A stretch of 64,000 nt of DNA from Lama guanicoe. Its lineage: Eukaryota. Of this stretch, positions 37,050-49,399 are shown one piece after another. A program made the translations under genes and the position numbers. Under the pieces are notes generated by a model. The model saw only the letters and a list, made by a program, of their open reading frames with translations, had not been told where the DNA came from and made no database searches. The stretch is from NCBI GenBank assembly GCA_013239625.1, contig MU057036.1, positions 14,978,655 to 15,042,654 of the forward strand. Reading direction: 5' to 3'. Positions within the stretch are counted from its first letter, which is position 1. Every line of letters starts with the position of its first letter.

Positions 37050-38470
37050 GAAGAATGTTTCTTGACCTTCCTCTGGCTGTTACCTGGCTTTCCCTGAGGA
37101 CATATCTTCCTGTAACCCTCTCAAGTGGTCTGGTAGTTATTTACTCTTTGTACAATGGAGCCAGGGGTGGAACAGGTGTTCTCCATCTTCTACTGTGTGG
37201 CTTTCAGACTGTGCTCCCTCTCTCCCTCCTAAAAATGCTCAGCTTTGAATCTCACTCATCTGATACTCTCATCCTCTAGTTTCAGCTGCCTCCTGATTCC
37301 TAGGCCACTGTCCCTCACTCCTTAAAGATGTTTGCAACCCACGCACTGTCACTGTTTCAAAATCAGTCCAATGATTATTCACGTAATTTCCATAACCGGA
37401 TATTCTTTCCAAGACCCTGGCCTTTCAGTCTTTCATCTCCTTTCTCCAATGGCCTCGTCCTCTCTTCAATGTCTGCAGCTCATTTCTATGGTCATATCTT
37501 TGACTTTCTCATGATCAATAAATTCAGTACCCCAAACTTAATTTCAGACATCCTACTCTCTTACCGCTGCCTATTATCTTTCGGGTTCATACGCCAACAC
37601 GAACAATTCTTCTGTACCCCCAGGACTTTAATCCAATTCCCCTGCCACCTTCCCACTGTTCCGCCCCATTGACTTCCTCTCCCCTACCCCTCTCCACCCA
37701 GTTTAAATTTCATAGTCCATCTTTAGAATCATCCCCTTGTGTATAGACTTGACTCCCTTGCCCCTCTCCCTTACATGGGCTTGACTAAACCAAAACCTTC
37801 ATTAAATTTTCACTCTGCCTACTGAATGCTTATACCCTCACAGCATGACCAGAAAAATCACCCAAACATGATGAGTAATTTCACTTTAAATTTATGGTCA
37901 AGTGGCTTTGATATTGCCTGGAACTTGTCCTTGTTCCATCACTTGTCATATTCCTAGGTGGCCATCATGTCTTCTGTCTCTTCAAACATTCAACATCTCC
38001 TCCTCCATCTTTGCTCTCAGCTGATGGTGTTGCTTCTTCTTTCACTGAGAAAACAATGCCACTTCCAACCACCATCCACCTGTGCCCACATACTCTACCT
38101 TTGGTTCCCGTCCTCTCTGACCTGTTCAAGGATGTTGACCCAGCAAGTGTCCCCTTTCTGCCCCAGTATCACTGATTGTTCCTTCTCTACTGGATAATTC
38201 TCATTAATGTACAAGCATTATGTTATTTTCCCATTTGAAAAAATCCCTCTTGACTTCACCACATCCCATTTATCTTCCTCCCTTTATAGAAGAACTTAAG
38301 AACTGGTTTTTCCCACTGTTTACAGTTTCCTTCTCCCATTATCCCTTAAACCCATGCCAATCAGGCTTTCTCCACAACCACTCCACCAAAACTGCTCAAG
38401 TCACCAGTGACTCCACATGGCTCAGCTAATGGGCAGTGTGTGGTCCCCATCTAATTGATCTATCGGCACC
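37050..38470 (+). mobile_element. Long L2 ORF2 fragment
   Basis: C/T-rich L2 motifs: cagctttgaatctca, ctctcagctgatggtgttgcttcttctttcactgagaaaa, caatcaggctttctccacaaccactccaccaaaactgctc. Confidence 0.8.
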
Positions 38471-39769
38471 CATTCTCTCTACATACACCTGAACAGTCCA
38501 CAGCATGCTGTGCTTCTGAAGAATGGAATGGGATTCTGGTTTTATGAAATTAAATTTGTGGCACATGAACAAACCAATCTATAAGAATATGTCTTACAGC
38601 TACTCACCCATCTGCCTTCTCTGAGTTAACGATGATTTATGATAGAGCAGCAGTAAGGAATGTTAATTGGCTTCATTTTAGTACTTGGACTTCTTGCCAG
38701 GGACTGTGGATTGATGGGAGAAAGTTTTAAGGAACACTGTAATTTTTGTTTTCCAACTGAAACCAAGCTCGACTACTCTCTCTCTCTCAGTATTTTGAAC
38801 CACAGAGTAGTGTTAGACTTTATCTTACAGAACAGCTGGTCAAACCTTTCATTTGCTAGAGAAGGTCCCGAAAGGCTGAATGATCTCCTTAAAGTCTCAT
38901 GGCCAATTAGTGACCCATGTGAAACAGAACCTGAGCTTCTGTCTCTAAATTCAGTATCAGCTCTACACACTTGCTGGGGAGCTTCTTCCTTACAGTTCTC
39001 TCAGGGTCCACATTCTGTAGTGATACTTTCAATTCACTTTTCAAGGAATCCTTTTATTCTCCTGGACTCCGCGGGGTCTGTAAATCCAGCATCCTTTCCA
39101 ACACACGCGCTGCTGATAGGTTTTCTGACAGTTCTTTCAATGCATGCATTCTTGATGGATGCATTTCATTCCCTTTCAAGGAGTCCTACTGTCCTCCTGG
39201 ATGGTTTGCAATCTTTGGTTCCATCAAGGAACATACTTCACTTATCAGGGCTAAATTTGACAGTGGCTTTGATTTGTTACTTTGCCCCCAAGTTGTAAGA
39301 GAGAGATGCTTGGCAGGATCCCAGAGTGCATTCCAGGGCCAATACTTAAAGATGGTCTCAATTGTGCAACATTTGAAAATATCGTCCTGACCTACCATTC
39401 TAGACTCCCCACTTATTCAACCATCAGTCCAATGCAGCTGCCTTGCTCCTGTTCCAGACTACAGGGAGCCCTCTGGCCTCTGAACCTCAGTGCATTTTGT
39501 GACAGTCTCCTGAACCCTGCCCTCATGGTTCTTCAGTTGAATTGTTTTTTTATTTATATGGGTAGTGAGGAAAATGGGAGGGAAACTAGGCAGTCCCCCT
39601 CTCCAGCATACAAATGGCAGACCTTTTAGGACAACAATAAGCAAGAACACCTTAGTGAGATAAACTGGTTCCAAGAACAGAGTCAACCTTGGTGAAAGTG
39701 ATTACCATACCTAAAGAAACACTGTGTCAAAGTAAAGAGGGGTTCTAACCAGTAGCTTTAACGATAACT

Positions 39770-39990
39770 AGCACTTAACTTCACACCAAAAACTGTTCTG
39801 GACTCTTTATATGTATTATATTAGATGTATTAATTTAATCCTCACAAGTCTATAAAATAGGCACTGTTATGGATGAGAAAACTGAGGCACAGAGATATTA
39901 ACTAGCTCCTAAAGTCACACAGCTAATACAATGGTAGGGTACCATTTGAACCAGGTCCTGACTCCAGAGTCTTTGCTCTTAACCACGGTC
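39770..39990 (-). mobile_element. MIR SINE
   Basis: tttaatcctcacaa...gatgagaaaactgaggcacagaga...aagtcacacagcta...tttgaaccagg...tgactccagag. Confidence 0.85.
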
Positions 39991-40556
39991 TACCATGTCT
40001 TTCTGGAATCCACAGATAGAAGAGCTAGCATCCATCCTTGGCAGAGCCAGGTGGGGACTTGAGGACAAACTGTTTCCCTCTAACCCTACTGGCAAGGCCA
40101 TCCCTTTGGTGGAAAAGAGTTCCTCAAACTATCTCAATTAAGAAGCAATTCCTAACAGCACCCAGTTTTCTGAATCTCTGTGTGAAAATCCACTTTAAGG
40201 TTATAATGTGGTTTTTCATGGCACTCAGCCTACTCAAGGGAAAATGCAAATCAACACACAGAATTCTAGTTTTTTGCTCTGACTCTCTGGGCCTTGGTTA
40301 ATATGAGTCTGACAGCTCCTCTGAATTCACTCTCTGGATGCTGACAGATCAGATGCAGGGCTAAGAGCCAGAGGCCACGAGGTAGTGAGTGCTACCCTGG
40401 GGACATCCAGGTGCTGATCTCACCTTGAAACTGCAGACATCTCGGCATCATAAACCTTTTCCTTTGAAGCTTCACTGTCCTATCTTCCGTATTAGATTGG
40501 TGGCTTCTTGATGGAAACTACTGTGTTTTAGATGTCTCAGTATTCCCCCAATGGGT

Positions 40557-40958
40557 CTGTCATTTCCCTGCCCATGCCCCTAAAAGATTCAGACTGTTTT
40601 AGCTGATTCCAGCTGCCAGAATTGCAGGGTTTCCCCCTGAGAGCAGCAGAAGGCACACATTAAGCTGAGATTGCCTGGCAATTAATCTACTGTACTCCCA
40701 GTAGCCTTCAACCAGTAAGTCTTGGAACTAGGTATATCAATACCCCAGAACTCTCCTCCCTCAGATGGGATAACGCTGAGGATCTGTGTTGCATTGTTTT
40801 CCTGCAGGATTAAGTCCCAGTCAGCCACACTGGTGTCCGTCTTAATAACTTACCCTATTGGCTGCTTCCCAATCCCTGTCTCCTTTCTCCTCTGGAGCAT
40901 CCATGCCCTGGAAACCTTGTCTCAGGGCTGGCTGTGGAGGGAAACCCCAAATAAGACA
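40557..40958 (+). mobile_element. LTR16A-like solo LTR
   Basis: cagatgggataacgctgagg...ccttgtctcagggctggctgtggagggaaaccccaaataagaca. Confidence 0.75.
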
Positions 40959-41429
40959 AAGGATGAAGGCAGGTAATGGTTGCAGAAAGCCTGCTGTGCC
41001 CAGCATCATGTTAAGGTTGTCATAGTCATGATCTTATTTCATCCTCTCCACAGCCATGGGCTATAAGGAGCTATTTCATAGATGAGAAATTTCAGATGAC
41101 TGTAAGTTGCTTATAGTCATGTAGCTGCTCAGCAGGTCAGCTGGCTGAATACTCACTATTCTCTGTGGCATCATGGCCTTCCTGTTTCCATCCTACCCTG
41201 TGGCCGAGGGTAGGGCTTTGCATTCTCTATTGAAGACTCAAAAATGTGGGAATCAACTTGTGGGTATTTCTGGAATAACCTCTGGTGATTTGTCATCCTA
41301 TTACCTATTCTGTGGAGACATCAGTGATGCTAAAACATGTATCAACATAAGCAAGTGTTTTCAAAACACCTTTCCCTCCTCTCTTCTGTCTCTCTTGGCG
41401 GAGACTGAGGCTGTGCCAACGTTAAGGCA

Positions 41430-42505
41430 GGGAGTGGGCGTGACTCACTAACAGCCTGCTCGGCAGACTGGTTTGTAAAACTCTCCACATACAACTGGCA
41501 ACACAGGCACAGAGGCAAGAGAGGAGAGAAACCGGCTGGGGTGTGAAGACCGATGCCCACACCTCTGTGCCTGGCTTCACTCCCGCAAAAGTGTTTCTAA
41601 GTGATTGTGTGGACATAGCCTGAATAATTCCATAGAGAAAGATAGCTTACTGAAGGTTTGGTGTCTTCTCATATTTGGCAAGTAAGTAACTAGATTTTTT
41701 TGAAAAAAATTTTTAGTCTCAGAGGAAACCTATAGTTTGTTGTTATTTTTGCCCAAAGATCTCTCTAGGGTCACCCCATCAGCCTTTATTGCGCACACCT
41801 AGAATATAAACTTAGCAACAAGCTCTTATCCTCGATAGCGTTAAGGTCTAACAGCAGAACTGACCAACCTCATTGACGAAAAGTCCCCACTTTCTCCACT
41901 GTGGTGCCTCACCTGGGTCTCAGAGCTCAGAGTGACTTCTGCAGTCACCCCGGGATGCAAGATCGCCAGTTCTGCCACCTTGTCAGTGATAATTTTGTGA
42001 ATGCTAGCTGCTGGCCAGGCCTCAGTTCTGGAGGCAAGACAAGCAGCGGTGGACAGGGGCTCTCCGTCCCGGCCACCCGTGAAGCCCCTCCCTTTTGACA
42101 TGACGAGAGGGATCGTCTGGGAGGGAGTCATCGTCCTAGAGCCACAGTTGACTCAACAGCAAGAAACATGCCGAGGTTGTATTTGCTGACAGCCAAATCA
42201 GTGATGGCTCTGGGTCTTCCTGCAAATTCTTTTCCAGCTGGGCTGTGTGTGTGTGTGTGTGTGGTTTAGTATTAAAAAAAGACGCTTCCTAATTAGACAG
42301 CTCTCTGTCCTGTGGATCAATCTGAGAACTTCTGTGGTATTTTCACATTAGATATCTCTTCACCCATCAGCCCTATGCTCTCCAGCCTTCCTAAATCATA
42401 ACTCACTGAATAGCTCCTTAAGCAGGCAACAGCCACATAACTAGTAATTAGTGTCCTGTCAGCTGATATCAGCAGCATTAGTTTTTAGCTGCTGACATCA
42501 GCAAG
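41430..42505. promoter_or_regulatory. Candidate enhancer/promoter: AP-1, NF-kB-like and paired MARE sites in non-repeat CpG-retaining DNA
   Basis: TGACTCA 41441-41447; GGGACTTTTC on - at 41887-41878; AGCTGATATCAGCA 42461-42474; TGCTGACATCAGCA 42490-42503. Confidence 0.35.
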
Positions 42506-44369
42506 TCCATCACATATTTAAAGCCATAGCTACTTATAATTGCATTGAATACATCTGAGATATCCANNNNNNNNNNNNNNNNNNNNNNNNNNNNNNNNNN
42601 NNNNNNNNNNNNNNNNNNNNNNNNNNNNNNNNNNNNNNNNNNNNNNNNNNNNNNNNNNNNNNNNNNNNNNNNNNNNNNNNNNNNNNNNNNNNNNNNNNNN
42701 NNNNNNNNNNNNNACTATATAAAACAAATTAAAATAAGAATTAATAAGCCAAATTTTAGCCCAAGAATGAATCTGTGAGAGCCCACAGTCCTAGACAGTC
42801 TTCCCAGCTCTGGAATAGACATCTATCATAAATCCATAAACAAGTCTGCTCCTTTCTGATTAGAGGATGGAGTGCTTTGGTCAAGGTTATAGAGAATATC
42901 TGTTTGAATGACAGAAGTAAGTAGAACAGGAGGACTTTGAGTCTCTCCATTTTTTTATTCACTGATTGCACATAAAAGAGTTAGTAATTATTTTAAAAAC
43001 ATGTTCTGATTAAAAGTAAGGCCAAATAAATACTTCACTCTTATTCTGAAGGGGAAAAAAACACAATGTAAAGCTTGCATTTATTTGAAAATTAAAAATT
43101 GAAATTTCAGAATAAGTGAACACTATCTGAACAATACCTATAGAGCTTTTCAGAGGAATTTCCAGTTAATATGACCAAAATGCAGAATAGGAAAAATAGA
43201 ACCATTTTAAAGAAATTAAATATGAAGGAAAATACCTATTTTGTTGGGAAAGCTATCTTATACTTAGGAAATTATCAGAAAAATAATAATTTTCTTTAAG
43301 AAATGTACTTCATCTATTATTTAACTTCTACGCCTCCAAAAGACTATCAGAGTGACATCTATTTTTAGACTTTTCTGAGGTTTTGCACCAAATTGATGAT
43401 TGCTACACCTGCAAAGCCTTACCTATCAAATTGAGTTAAGCATGAACCAGATCACAATTGCAACTAAGCTTATCAACCTCCAGGAAACTCAGCCCACTGC
43501 CTCCAAAAAACAATAGCTAAGATTTAATAAAGGAATCCTAAACAGGTAACATTTTTCTTTCTCCACAATTTGAGACAGTGTTTGTTCATCATATAGAAAT
43601 AGCAAATATGCATGTTGGAAATCCAGAAAACAAATATGTCAGGAAGCATTTTATGCATCATTTAAAATTATATTTAAACAGTTCTCCAGCTATAAATTAA
43701 AAAAGGAAAAATTATGTGCCTAAGCTTTCATAAATGTCATATACCAAATTCATGGAAATTAATAAATACAATATCAAGTACAATTTATCTTTTTTTTTTC
43801 ATTAAATAAAACAGTAATTTACCGAGTCCAAATGAGAGTTAGAGACACTCACACATTATTAAAGGGAACAACGATACAGTATTACCAGAAATGTTCATAA
43901 CACATTAGGTATGTTGCTTCCACTGAACAGGAATAAATTAGAAATAGCATGTATATTTTATGACATATAGATAGTTTTTCTTCCTTGTTTAATCCACTCC
44001 CCTTTCTCATACATTAACCCTTCCCCTGGGGTGAAAAATGCTCATGTCACAAACCAGTTCAGGGCGATGCAACAGCAATTAAACCAGGACCAAAGGATAA
44101 TAAGGAATATTTATAGACTTGGGCAAGATTGGGGAATAAAATGTTGATCCTTCACTAACTTTTCTCATTTGTTGACCTGTACAGGCCTCTAACCCTGCTT
44201 ACATTTTTGAAAAGGGAGTCTGGACAAGAGGGCAATTTATAATGGTGGCTTGTAATTACCTGCAGTGAATTGTAACCCAGGGATCTGTCTGTGCTCTGTG
44301 GTCTAGTGCAAGTTGGACTAGAGAGGGAGATGAAGTGCTCAGACAAGAAGGGGGCAGAGCTGAGGGTTA

Positions 44370-47300
44370 TTTTCTTAATTAAAAAGTAGCTTTTTCAGAT
44401 AGAAAATGTATGTTTGTTATATGATTTAAAAAATACAGAAATAGATTAAAAAGTAAAAATCACTGATCATCTAACCTTTCAGAGATAATCACTATTAAAT
44501 TTTGATTGCTTCTTCCTGGTCTTTTAAAATATATATATGGCAAAATTTGTAGTATATATTGTGTCTCACTTTTATTTGTGGGCATATTTCATCTTATTAG
44601 GTATTCCTCAAAAGTATGCTTTTTATTGACTACATAGTATTTTCTTGAATTTACTGTCATCTGTTGAGCCATTCCCTGTTGCTGGACATCTAGGTTGAAA
44701 GTTTCCAGTTCTTTAATGCTCTGAGTAATGCTGTAACAAAAACATCCTTGCTTGTACATTCTTGTGCCTATGCTTGGTTATCTCCTTGGGATCATTCCCT
44801 ATTATGGTAAGCGTGCTCTTGTTCCATATTGCCAGATTACTTTTCAGAAAATGTGATACTAATTCACACAGCTAACGTCACTGATTGAGGGTGAAATTTA
44901 ATTTAAGCCTTGTCAGCACTCAATATTATAAATTGAAAGGAAGACAGTGAAAATTTAAAGTGAAAATTGGCATTTCTTTTTCATTTTAGCCTCCGTAATT
45001 TATGAATGGGGCCCCAGAAGCCCAGAGAGGGAGAGGAACTTGTCTGGGCTCACACAGCAGTTAAGGGCAGAGCTGGGACTGGAACCCAGGCCTCCTGGCT
45101 CCCAACCCTTTTCCCACTGGGCCCGCCACTGCCCTGCCATTCTTTTCCATTTTAATTTACAGTTCTATGTAGGTGGCTTCTGAAGAACTATTTCAACAGT
45201 TTTATTATATTTATAAAAATACACATGATCATTAGGAACTAGAGAAAATAGCAAAGAACATCTACCATCTAGGTATAACCAGAGACAGCCACTTAGAAAT
45301 TTTTGTTTAACATTTCTGATATATATATGAGTATTATATACATATAAAATAATGCTGTACATAATATTTGTAACCTTTTTCATTCAATAAAATGTTTAGA
45401 TATCTTTCCTTATTGTATAAATACAAAGCATCATTTAAAATATTTGCGTAATAATTCATTATGTATTAACATTGGTTTAACTAGTTCCCTATTCATGGGC
45501 ATGTAGGTGGTTTTGGAGAACATTTTGACAATTTTTCCTGATTTTAAAATAAAATAACAAATTTTAAATATTTTAAGTGAAATATTTCAAACATTCATGA
45601 AAGTGTAAGGAATCACGTAGTAACACTCTCATGCCTAACACTGAATTGTAGCAAATCCCAGAGTTTTGCCAGTTAGTTTTTTTAATAAAACAACACACAT
45701 TATCATTAAAGCCTCCTGTGTACCCCTTTCCAATCACATTCCCTTCATTCCTCCCCTCAAGGGAAACTGTTGTATAGCATTCCCATGAATGGTTTTATGT
45801 GGATTATATCTGTAAGTGCCTGATATATCCACAAACAACAGATAGCACTGTATTTTTGTTCTTAAACTTTAAATAAATATTATTATATGCTATATATTCT
45901 CCAACTTACTTTTTTCAGCATTAAATTTTTTAAGCTTTATCCATATGGAAACATGTAACTTTAGGTCATTCATTTTCATAGCTGCACAATATTTCACTAT
46001 ATGACTGTATTTAACAATATATACAGTCATTCCTCTGTATTGAAGGGCATTTAAGTCATTTCCAATATTTTGCTCCTACAGATAACACAGCAGTGAATAG
46101 TCTACTCCTTGTGTAAGAGTTTACCTTGACTAGAGAATATTTTCTAGAAATGGAATTACTGGATGGTAAGATATAAGCATCTTAACTTTGCTACTTGAAC
46201 TGTCCACCAAGGTTTTTCTACTGTCTGTAGCCCCAACAGTAGCACATGAAAGTCCCTGTTAGAGTCAGACGTTTTATTCTTTCTAATCCAGTGGGTATGA
46301 AATGATATCATTTTAATTTTTGCTTCCCTGATTATTAGTAAGGTTGACCATCTTAACATATGCTTATTGACCATTCAGTTTTCTTCTGCTGTAAATTGTT
46401 TATATCTTTTGTCCATTTGTCTATTGGATTATTTGTCTTAATAATCTTTTGTGAGGTCAACACACAGCAAATATCTTCCAGTCTGTAGCTTATCTTTTTA
46501 CCTGTCTGGGGTTTGGTTGTTATTGTCATGTGGTTGGACTTGCTCTTGATGTTGAATTTTAAGATGATGATATCACATTTATCCATATTTCTTTATGGTC
46601 TGGAATCTTTTATCTAACAAGTTCTTCCCTAAGCTGATTTGTTGTGATTAAAATTACGTTTTCTTCAAAAAGTCTTGCTTTTCACATTTGATCCTGTAAT
46701 CCATCTGAACTTTTTTGGTGTGGTGTGAGGTAGGACTCATTCCTTTTCCACACAAATTGTTTTAGCGCTACTTACCAAATACTGATACCAATCTGTGATG
46801 TGACCTCTGGCCTGAAACAAGCTTTCCATAGTCTAGTTTCTGGGTTTTCATGTTTCGTTTCATTGGTTTGTCTCTCCTTTGCCCTAGAGTCATGTTTTCT
46901 TAAATATTCCCACCTGATACTGGGTTAAGATTATACCATTTTGTTCTGCTTCAAAGTGTTTTGTCTATTTTTCACCCTTTACTGTACCAAATGAATTTTA
47001 GGATTAGCTTGTCAAGTCCTGTGAAAAACTCCATCATGGTTCTCACTTGGGTTGTATTTACTTTTTAGATTAATTTGGAGGCAATTGACTTCTTAATCTA
47101 GTAAGTCTTCCTGTCCACCATCATAGCATTTCACCCTGTTTTTTCAAGTCTCTTGCATGTTCTTCAATAAAGTTTTTGTAAACTTTTTCCAAAAGTCTTA
47201 TTATATACCTTTGTTATACTTATTCTTAAGTAGTTATAGTTTTTATTACTCTTATAAATTATCTTTCACTTATTATATTTTCAGATTGATTATTAATTGT

Positions 47301-47600
47301 GTATGGAAATGCAAGAGAGCTGTACTTTCATCTCATTTGGCATAAGCCAAATTTTCTCACTAGGTCCAATCAATTGTCTGAACACTTTATTTTGCATTTC
47401 TTTGGGAGACAATCATATAGCTTACCTATAAAGATAATTCTGTCTCTTCTTTTCCAACTGTTACTCCTCTAATCATTATTTTCATCTTATTGCATTGTTG
47501 AACAGTGGGGTAGTATCAGATACCCTTGTCCTTCTCCTTAAAGTTCTAAAAGTACACAATTAAGAAAAGGGCTCCTATTGTTTTTTTATATTTGATGTCC
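44370..47600 (-). mobile_element. Ancient L1ME-like LINE fragments (with a MIR at ~45010-45110)
   Basis: ctagaaatggaattactggatgg, ttttaatttttgcttccctgattattagtaaggttgaccatct, atgaattttaggattagcttgtcaagt. Confidence 0.75.
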
Positions 47601-47619
47601 ATTATCATGTGTATTTAGC

Positions 47620-47737
47620 CTTTTATTCATAACATTTATATTCAGCGCTTACTATGTGCCAGGAACTTTTCTAAGTGATGAGGACAGAGTGGTGAATGTG
47701 ACGAAGTCCTTCATGGAGCTTAACAAGGTAGAGAGAG

Positions 47738-47778
<41 letters not shown>

Positions 47779-49390
47779 CTCAGGAACTGGTACACGATAT
47801 GAAGAAAAATAAAGAGTGACAGGGGAATGCTTATTTAGGTGGGGTTCAGGGAAGGCCTCTCTGAGAAATGAATACTTGAGCAGAGAACTGAATAAGTGAG
47901 GTGAGTTGTGTGTTGCAGGCTTGAGATGGAACTCAGCATGCAGGGCACATATTAAGAAATGCCCTTGGGACCAACACCTGTGCGAGTGAGGAGAGACGGG
48001 GGAAGAGTGGGCAGAAGAGAAGTGGAGCTTCAGTGCAGGTCCAGCAACAGCCTTGCCTGTTTCACTAGAGAGTTCTAGAGCTCCTATGACCCCACTCAAG
48101 GGGTAGAGTAAGTAGGGGCAAGGAAGCATGGCCTTTATACCCTTGCAAGGACCAGATGTTAGATGCGGCCATTCCAGGAACTAGTATGACCATGAACAAG
48201 GTGGTTTTCTTCAGCTAAAGTGGAACAGGCCATCCACTGCAGGCTGTCCACTGAGATTCTAGAAGGTGAGGTAACAAGACCCACCAAAGGGGATCTGGCT
48301 GAGCAGCACAAGCCATGTGACAGTCTGGAAGAAAGGCAGTCCATGCAGGGGACAACGAAAGAAATGCCTGAGTTAGGCATAACCTACTGTGACCAAGAAG
48401 CAGATGAAGAGCAGTGTGACCAGAAGGAAGCCAGCAGGGATAACAGCAGTGGGAGATGAGTCACTGAGGTAGCGCTGCCAGGCCACGTAGGTTGGAATTT
48501 ACTCTGAGTACCAACAGAAGGCTTTGAGGAGTCACAAGAAGGGACATGATTTGAAATGAATTATGTTTAAGAAGTTCTCTCTGGCTGCTGTTGGCAGAAT
48601 TGCCTGTAGGGAACAAAAATGGAAGCTGAGAGACCAGTTGGGAGGCAATTGTGTTCAATTGTGTAAGAGATTATGCTGGCTTGCACCATGTTGGTAGTTA
48701 GGGAGGTAGTAAGAACTGCTTGGGTTAAGGATCTATCTGAAGATGAAACTAACCAGGTGTGGTGATAGATTGGGTGTGTGATGGAGGGAAAGAGAGCAGT
48801 TCTGGATGATCCTATGTATCTGACCTGAGCAACAGTAAGTGAAGTTGCCTTAACAGAGTTAGGAATTCCCTGGAGAGGAAAAGGTTGTGTGTCAGCAGAA
48901 GAAAAAGGGAAACCAAGAGTCCTGCTTTGGACAAATTAGGTTTGAGATCCTTATTTTACTTTCAGTGAAGATGCCAAATAGGCGGTTGGAGCTGAATATG
49001 CCTTTGGGTGTTATCAGTAGACACATAGTGTTTAAAGTCACAAGAATGAATAAAATCATCAGGATGGCAAGTGTAAAGAAAGGAGAGAAAATAAAGAGAA
49101 GAGAGGGCTGAATTCCAGGGAGCTTTAACATTTACGGTGGCACCAGTGAATAGAATGAGAATGGATGACCACTGATCTAGGAGGAAAACCCGAGGAGTAT
49201 AGAATCATAGTCGTCCAGGGAAGAGAGTATTCCAAGAAGGAGGGAGAGATCGTCTGTATCAGAAGCTGCTCAGACTAAAATAACAATTTTCCATTAAACT
49301 TGGCAGTGAAATGGTGACGATTATAGCCTGAGTTAGTTGCGTTGAGGAGAAAATATAAGGTGATAGAGCTGAAACAGTGAGTCTAGAAAC
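47620..49390 (-). mobile_element. L2a LINE inserted in the old L1, itself split by an LTR
   Basis: cttactatgtgccaggaac, cagggaaggcctctctgag, ctctctggctgctg, gctttggacaaattaggtttgaga; (CA)n at 47741-47780. Confidence 0.8.
47905..48325 (-). mobile_element. ERVL-class LTR (LTR33/LTR16-like) nested in L2
   Basis: tgagatggaactcagcatgcaggg...gcccttgggaccaacacctgtg...ggcctttatacc...ggggatctggctgagcagcacaa. Confidence 0.6.
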
Positions 49391-49399
49391 AGTGAGTCC

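Noticed and set aside
38660-39298. 212-aa ATG ORF as a real gene
   Set aside because: Includes a MIR (~38820-38960), composition is Leu/Ser-biased like non-coding DNA, and there is no domain similarity
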